Assembly: GCA_019038645.1 (NCBI GenBank) | Contig: JAHOYT010000054.1 | Span: forward strand, 4,365-68,364 | Direction: 5' to 3' | Source: Bacteroidales bacterium | Lineage (GTDB): Bacteria; Bacteroidota; Bacteroidia; Bacteroidales; UBA12077 | Length of the DNA stretch: 64,000 nt | Part shown: positions 58,450-64,000 of the stretch, one piece after another | How the letters are laid out: the number at the start of each line of letters is the position of its first letter | Position numbering within the stretch: the stretch's first letter is position 1 | Program-made: the position numbers and the translations under genes | The notes under the pieces: generated by a model | Databases searched by the model: none | What the model saw: only the letters and a program-made list of their open reading frames with translations | Told to the model about the DNA's origin: nothing

Positions 58450-59154
58450 ATGAGAAAATTAATTTCTGTCTTTTTAGCTTTAGTTTTATTTTCATTTAGT
58501 GATTATGCATCGGATGGTCTTAAAGAAGTAAATGGGAATATATCTTTGTCAAATTACTCTCTAAGCTTATCTGAAAAATATTCCTCTAATAGTTTTGATA
58601 CAGATTATGATTTGGCCTTAATGAATCTTCAGGTGGATCTTTTGGGAATAGTATTTTTTGGCCCGCAAATCGCTCTTGATTTTCAACTTGCAAACATGAT
58701 TGCTGTCGGGCCATTTTTTAGATGGAATTACGCAGGGGTAATCTATCAGGGTGTTGTTACAGATTGGTTTACAGATGAATCTGTGGCTTCGCCGGCGAGT
58801 TATGGGATCGGAGTTCAGGCTAAAATATTGATTCCGATTGGATCAGGACAACACAGACCATATGCAGGGTTTTCTTATGAGAGATTTAGGGGAGAAGATT
58901 CATATGATCCGGGAGGAACGGATGGCAAGCACATATGGGAATACAAAAGTAATGTCATGCTTGTAAATTTGGGATACAGAATGTTGACAGAATCCAGTTT
59001 TAATTTATCAGTCGGATTAAGCCTTGGTATATCTACTGAAACTGAAAGTATAGATTATTATGAATTTGGAGATGGTACTGTGGATTACAATCCAACATAT
59101 ACTCGTTTTATAGGAATGTTACAAATTGGTCTCGGCTGGCAATTAGGAAATTAA
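58450..59154 (+). CDS. Hypothetical outer-membrane beta-barrel protein
   Basis: Signal peptide, amphipathic strands, C-terminal QIGLGWQL. Confidence 0.75.
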   Translation: MRKLISVFLALVLFSFSDYASDGLKEVNGNISLSNYSLSLSEKYSSNSFDTDYDLALMNLQVDLLGIVFFGPQIALDFQLANMIAVGPFFRWNYAGVIYQGVVTDWFTDESVASPASYGIGVQAKILIPIGSGQHRPYAGFSYERFRGEDSYDPGGTDGKHIWEYKSNVMLVNLGYRMLTESSFNLSVGLSLGISTETESIDYYEFGDGTVDYNPTYTRFIGMLQIGLGWQLGN

Positions 59155-59176
59155 AATAATCAAATATATAGAAATT

Positions 59177-59226
59177 GGGAATCTCGTGGTTTGCTGTTAA
59201 TAGAGCAATTAAGAGATTCCCTTTTT
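59177..59226 (+). terminator. Terminator-like hairpin
   Basis: GGGAATCTC...GAGATTCCC plus T run. Confidence 0.6.
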
Positions 59227-59370
59227 ATACGCTTTGCTCATAACAAAAGTTCTGGGAAATGACATTTTCCGGATTTCTTGAACAGCCGTAATTTTAATTA
59301 AAATCAATCTAATTTATTCCTATATATTGATATATTTGGATACTTATTTTATATTTATAAGATACAAAAT

Positions 59371-59838
59371 ATGATTTCTATGAACAATAATTTAGTTGAT
59401 GTTTTTTCTTCCTTTGATGGGAAAGAAGAAGAACTTATTCCGATACTTCAGAAAGTACAAAATGCATTGGGTTTTTTATCAGATGATTCGATGGAAGAGA
59501 TTGCGCGATTTGCTCGCGTACCCATGAGTAAGGTTTTTGGAGTTGCTACATTCTATGCTCAATTTAGATTTACTCCTAAAGGTGAAAAACACATTATGTT
59601 GTGCCGGGGAACTGCATGTCATGTGAAAGGAGCTCCAAGGATTCAAGAGGAGATTGAAAATCATTTAGGCATTAAAGAAGGCGAAACATCCAAAGATTTA
59701 AAACATTCGATGGAAAATGTGGCGTGCATAGGAGCCTGTAGTTTAGCACCTTGCATTTTGGTGAATGAAACTGTTGAAGCTAATCTTACGCCTCAGAAAG
59801 TTGAAAAATTATTCTCATCAAAGGGGAAAAATAAATGA
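59371..59838 (+). CDS. NuoE/HydC-like [2Fe-2S] subunit
   Basis: GVATFYAQF, CRGTAC, CIGAC thioredoxin-like 2Fe-2S motifs. Confidence 0.93.
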   Translation: MISMNNNLVDVFSSFDGKEEELIPILQKVQNALGFLSDDSMEEIARFARVPMSKVFGVATFYAQFRFTPKGEKHIMLCRGTACHVKGAPRIQEEIENHLGIKEGETSKDLKHSMENVACIGACSLAPCILVNETVEANLTPQKVEKLFSSKGKNK

Positions 59839-59842
59839 TCTT

Positions 59843-61723
59843 ATGGATATAAATAAACTTATTAAAGAAGCCTCGGCCGAATGGACCGATCTACTTAATG
59901 GTCCTGTTCCTGCATTTTTAGTGGGGAATGCTACTTGTGGAAGATCAGCTGGTGCTGGCAATATAATTGAAAAGTTGAAATCTGAAATTTCAGCAGGAAG
60001 TCATGAGTGCAGGGTGCTTGAAGTTGGTTGCATTGGTATGTGTTTTATGGAACCCATTGTTTCTGTTTATAGACCGGGTTATCCGCTTATTGTATACGGT
60101 AATGTGGAGGAGAAAGATGTTGCTAAAATGACAGAAGCTTTTCTTGAAAAAGGAGAAATAATTAATTATAATATAATTGGTGTTGTAGGCCCAAATGAAC
60201 AACTAGATAAGCCCGATTTATTCAATATTCCTGTAATGGAACCCCAAAAAAGGCTTGTTCTTAATAATTGTGGATTGATTGATCCTACAAACTTAAATCA
60301 TTATATAGCAAATAAAGGTTATATAGGACTCCAGAAAGCTCTTCAACTTTCTTCGCAAGATGTAATTGAAAGACTGAAAGAATCAGGATTAAGAGGTCGA
60401 GGTGGGGCAGGATTTCCAACTTGGCGTAAATGGCAGTTTTGCAAAGATCAGGATAATGACACAAAATATTTAATTTGTAATGCCGATGAAGGTGATCCTG
60501 GTGCTTTTATGAATCGTTCTTTATTAGAAGGTGATCCTCATTCCTTAATTGAAGGTATGGTAATTGCCGGACATGCAATAGGGGCGTCATCAGGTTATAT
60601 CTATTGTAGAGCCGAATATCCTTTGGCTCTTGAACGTTTGAGATTAGCTATATTACAAGCAGAACAAAAAAATCTTTTGGGAAATGATATAATGGGTATG
60701 GGTATTAATTTTAAATTAAAGGTGAAGGAAGGAGCAGGTGCTTTTGTTTGCGGTGAAGAAACAGCACTAATAGCATCAATAGAAGGTGAAAGAGGAATGC
60801 CAAGACCAAGACCTCCCTTTCCGGCAATTTCTGGATTGTGGGAAAACCCAACTATAATTAACAATGTAGAAACCTTAGTTTCAGCAGCAAGAATACTACA
60901 AAACGAACCGGGTTGGTTCTCTAAATATGGAACGAAAGAAAGCAAAGGAACAAAAACATTTGCCTTAGTAGGTAAGATAAAAAACACAGGTTTAATTGAA
61001 GTTCCAATGGGAACTACTCTTAGAGAAATTATTTATGATATTGGTGGTGGTGTTGATAATGGGAAAAAGCTTAAAGCTGTGCAAACTGGCGGTCCCTCAG
61101 GAGGTTGTGTACCTGCAAGTATGATTGACATTCCGGTTGATTATGAGTCACTTGCTGAGGCTGGTACTATTATGGGATCTGGTGGATTAGTGGTGATGGA
61201 TGAGGATAATTGCATGGTAGACGTTGCTAAATTCTTTATTGATTTTGCTCATAAAGAATCGTGTGGTGAGTGTGCTCCATGTAGATTAGGAACTAAGCAA
61301 ATGCTTGCTATACTTGAAGATATTGTTGCCGGTAAAGGTACAATGGAAGATTTAGATTTATTAGAGGATTTGGGTAAAGGTATTATGAAAGGTTCATTAT
61401 GTGGATTAGGTCAAACAGCTCCAAATCCGGTATTAACTACGCTTAGATACTTCAAAGATGAGTATATAGAACATATTCAAAATAAGCGATGTCCTGCAAA
61501 AGTATGCAGAGATCTTAAATATTACGAAATTCTTAAAGATAAGTGTACGGGTTGTCATATCTGTTTTAAAGCTTGCTCGGTTGCTGCTATTAGTGGTAAT
61601 CCTAAAGAACTGCATAAAATAGATCAGGATCTTTGTATAAAGTGCGGAATGTGTTTGGATAAATGTCCAACAAAATTCAATGCAATTGAAGTTTATCCTG
61701 GAAATAAAGTAATGGAGGATTAA
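59843..61723 (+). CDS. NuoF/HydB-like FMN/NADH-binding subunit with C-terminal 2x[4Fe-4S]
   Basis: GLRGRGGAGFPT, NADEGDPGAFM, GAFVCGEETAL, GGPSGG, ESCGECAPCR, CTGCHIC and CIKCGMC; ATG 59843 lies 4 nt after the upstream stop. Confidence 0.93.
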   Translation: MDINKLIKEASAEWTDLLNGPVPAFLVGNATCGRSAGAGNIIEKLKSEISAGSHECRVLEVGCIGMCFMEPIVSVYRPGYPLIVYGNVEEKDVAKMTEAFLEKGEIINYNIIGVVGPNEQLDKPDLFNIPVMEPQKRLVLNNCGLIDPTNLNHYIANKGYIGLQKALQLSSQDVIERLKESGLRGRGGAGFPTWRKWQFCKDQDNDTKYLICNADEGDPGAFMNRSLLEGDPHSLIEGMVIAGHAIGASSGYIYCRAEYPLALERLRLAILQAEQKNLLGNDIMGMGINFKLKVKEGAGAFVCGEETALIASIEGERGMPRPRPPFPAISGLWENPTIINNVETLVSAARILQNEPGWFSKYGTKESKGTKTFALVGKIKNTGLIEVPMGTTLREIIYDIGGGVDNGKKLKAVQTGGPSGGCVPASMIDIPVDYESLAEAGTIMGSGGLVVMDEDNCMVDVAKFFIDFAHKESCGECAPCRLGTKQMLAILEDIVAGKGTMEDLDLLEDLGKGIMKGSLCGLGQTAPNPVLTTLRYFKDEYIEHIQNKRCPAKVCRDLKYYEILKDKCTGCHICFKACSVAAISGNPKELHKIDQDLCIKCGMCLDKCPTKFNAIEVYPGNKVMED

Positions 61724-61726
61724 AAT

Positions 61727-64000
61727 ATGAATATGGTAAATATTAATATAAATGGTAAAAAATTTGCAGTTAATATAGATCAAACAATTCTAGAAGCTGC
61801 TATTGAGAATAATATTTATATTCCTGCATTATGTCATCATCCCGATCTTATTCCATCAGGGAATTGCAGAATGTGCATGGTGGAAATTGAAGGTCGAAGA
61901 GGACAGATTATTGCTTGTAAAACTCCTGTTGAGGAAGGAATGATTGTAAGAACCGAGAGTCAGGATATATCATTAATTCGTCAAACAACACTTGAGCTTA
62001 TACATGTAAATCATACTCAGGATTGTACAAATTGTTCGCAAAATAGTTCTTGTCAATTACAAGAAGTTACTGCATATGTTGGCGTTGATGAGGAGAGATT
62101 AAGCAGATTAAGACGAACAAAACAGAAAATTGGGAAAGATGATTCGAATCCTTTTTTTACGCTTGATCATGACAAATGTATTATGTGTGGAATATGTGTT
62201 CGTACATGCGACGAAGTCCAAGGCGTTAATGCCCTCGATTATGGTTATAGAGGTTTTGATACGATAATAAGCACTTTTAGTAACAGAACAATTAAAGAAT
62301 CTGTTTGTGAATCATGTGGCGAATGTGTTGTAAGATGTCCTGTTGGAGCATTAACATTCAAAGAAACACGCAAACCTACCACAGAAGTTAAAACAGTTTG
62401 TACTTATTGTGGTGTTGGTTGCAATATGTATCTCGGTGTTAGAGGTAACGAAATTGTTAGTGCTCGTGGAGACAGAGATAGTATTGTAAATAAAGGTCGC
62501 TTATGTGTAAAAGGAAGATTTGGTTTTGAATTTGTTAATCACGATGAGAGACTAAAAGTTCCTCTTATTAAAAAGAACGGCACCTTTGTAGAATCTACAT
62601 GGGAAGAAGCTTTTTCAATTATTGTTGAGAAATTTTCGTCTCTTGAGAGCAAACAGTTTGCTTCTCTTACTTCTGCTAAAGTTACAAATGAAGATAATTA
62701 TGTAATACAAAAGTTTGCAAGAGCTGTTATGGGCACGAACAATATAGATCATTGTGCTCGACTTTGTCATGCTCCTACAGTTGCTGGTTTGGTTCAAAGT
62801 CTTGGAAGTGGTGCAATGACAAATTCTATTGATGAATTTACCGATTCTCAAACTATATTCTCAATTGGGTCTAATACAACAGCTGCTCATCCAATTATCG
62901 GGCTTCATTTTAAGGAGGCTAAAAGAAAGGGTGCGAAAATTATTGTGGCTAATCCTAAAGAAATTGATCTGTGTAGATTTGCTGATGTATTTATGCAGCA
63001 ATACCCTGGAACCGACGTAGTTTTATTAATGGGTATGATGAAAGTAATATTAGATGAAAATCTTCAGGATGAAGAGTTTATTAAAGCGCGAACGGAAGGT
63101 TATGATGAATTTGTTGACTCGCTAGTTGATTTTGATTTGGAAACAACTGAAAAAATAACGGGTGTTCCAAAGGAAAAGATAATCGAAGCAGCACGTATTT
63201 ACGCTACAAACAAACCATCATCGCTGGTTTACGCAATGGGAATTACCCAGCATTCTCATGGAACTGATAATGTACTCGCAACCAGTAATCTTGCAATGTT
63301 AACAGGAAATATTGGTAAAGAGTCTGCAGGGATAAATCCTCTTAGAGGACAGAATAATGTGCAAGGTGCTTGTGATATGGGTGGTTTGCCAGATGTATAT
63401 CCCGGATACCAGAAGGTTGATAAGCCCTGGGTAAAAGAAAAATTTGAAGAGCACTGGGAAACAAAACTGGATCCGAAAGCCGGACTTACACATACAGAGA
63501 TATTTGATGAAATTGAGAAAGGAAATATAAAGGCACTGTACCAAGTTGGTGAAAATCCAATCCTTAGTGAGGCAGATTCTAATCACGTTAAAAGAGCATT
63601 AGATAATTTAGATTTCTTTGTTGTGCAGGATATTTTTATGACTGAGTCGTCCAGATATGCTGATATAGTTCTTCCGGCAGCTTCATTTGCTGAAAAGGAT
63701 GGTACTTTTACAAACACCGAACGCCGGGTTCAGAGAGTAAGAAAAGCAGTTACATCTCCCGGTGATGCTAAATGTGATTGGTGGATTGCCAGTGAAATTG
63801 CCAGACGAATGGGCGCTAAGGGATTTGATTATAATTCGCCTTCGGATATAATGAATGAGATTAATAAGGTTGCTCCTATTTATGGTGGAATAACCTTCGA
63901 AAGAATTGAAAATGAAGGCTTACAGTGGCCATGCCCGACAACAGATCATCCAGGGACTAAGTTCTTACATAGTGAGAAATTCACAAGACCTAATGGACTT
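61727..64000 (+). CDS. fdhF: Formate dehydrogenase alpha subunit (Mo/W-bisPGD, Cys ligand) with N-terminal HydA/NuoG-like FeS domains; truncated by window edge
   Basis: Absent from the ORF track because it runs off the window; read manually: IPALC..CRMC, HTQDCTNCSQNSSC, CIMCGICVRTC, CESCGEC, CTYCGVGC, NNIDHCARLCH (TGT at 62765), LRGQNNVQG, in frame to the last base. Confidence 0.93.
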   Translation, partial: MNMVNININGKKFAVNIDQTILEAAIENNIYIPALCHHPDLIPSGNCRMCMVEIEGRRGQIIACKTPVEEGMIVRTESQDISLIRQTTLELIHVNHTQDCTNCSQNSSCQLQEVTAYVGVDEERLSRLRRTKQKIGKDDSNPFFTLDHDKCIMCGICVRTCDEVQGVNALDYGYRGFDTIISTFSNRTIKESVCESCGECVVRCPVGALTFKETRKPTTEVKTVCTYCGVGCNMYLGVRGNEIVSARGDRDSIVNKGRLCVKGRFGFEFVNHDERLKVPLIKKNGTFVESTWEEAFSIIVEKFSSLESKQFASLTSAKVTNEDNYVIQKFARAVMGTNNIDHCARLCHAPTVAGLVQSLGSGAMTNSIDEFTDSQTIFSIGSNTTAAHPIIGLHFKEAKRKGAKIIVANPKEIDLCRFADVFMQQYPGTDVVLLMGMMKVILDENLQDEEFIKARTEGYDEFVDSLVDFDLETTEKITGVPKEKIIEAARIYATNKPSSLVYAMGITQHSHGTDNVLATSNLAMLTGNIGKESAGINPLRGQNNVQGACDMGGLPDVYPGYQKVDKPWVKEKFEEHWETKLDPKAGLTHTEIFDEIEKGNIKALYQVGENPILSEADSNHVKRALDNLDFFVVQDIFMTESSRYADIVLPAASFAEKDGTFTNTERRVQRVRKAVTSPGDAKCDWWIASEIARRMGAKGFDYNSPSDIMNEINKVAPIYGGITFERIENEGLQWPCPTTDHPGTKFLHSEKFTRPNGL

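Noticed and set aside
59765-59842. Longer start for the NuoF-like gene
   Set aside because: It would overlap the upstream gene by 74 nt; ATG 59843 fits operon spacing.
59371-61723. Respiratory complex I nuoEF or an [FeFe]-hydrogenase
   Set aside because: No membrane nuo genes, and the third gene has a molybdopterin FDH domain rather than H-cluster motifs.
62747-62770. Selenocysteine in the formate dehydrogenase
   Set aside because: The ligand codon is TGT (Cys). The gene is missing from the ORF track only because it runs off the window.

Overview
AT-rich chromosomal window from an anaerobic Bacteroidota bacterium, probably Bacteroidales/Marinilabiliales-like. This is inferred from TAnnTTTG -7 promoter boxes, T9SS cargo genes with a PorP/SprF partner and the gene families present. 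I see no rRNA, tRNA, CRISPR array, transposase or integrase. Main themes: (1) A dispersed tungsten economy: a WtpABC tungstate transporter operon with an outer-membrane porin inserted in it, a tungsten-type aldehyde oxidoreductase divergent from DUF364-ThiF-ThiS, and a NuoE/NuoF-like plus formate dehydrogenase cluster with bifurcating-type motifs that runs off the window end. wtpA and aor share the same ModE-like palindrome (CGATATGY-N8-RCATATYS). (2) Two His-rich, near-leaderless upstream ORFs ending in RGPP, candidate metal-sensing ribosome-arrest leaders, one before a TonB-dependent receptor and one before a CzcCBA-type efflux pump. (3) An oxidative-stress cluster with a Mn-SOD gene truncated exactly at a terminator hairpin, an intact Fe-SOD and rubrerythrin. 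(4) Two giant divergent T9SS substrates. (5) Two two-component systems with recognisable operators. (6) REP-like hairpins, nested palindromic repeats and heptamer tracts in intergenic DNA. All calls come from motif recognition by eye; no database searches were run.
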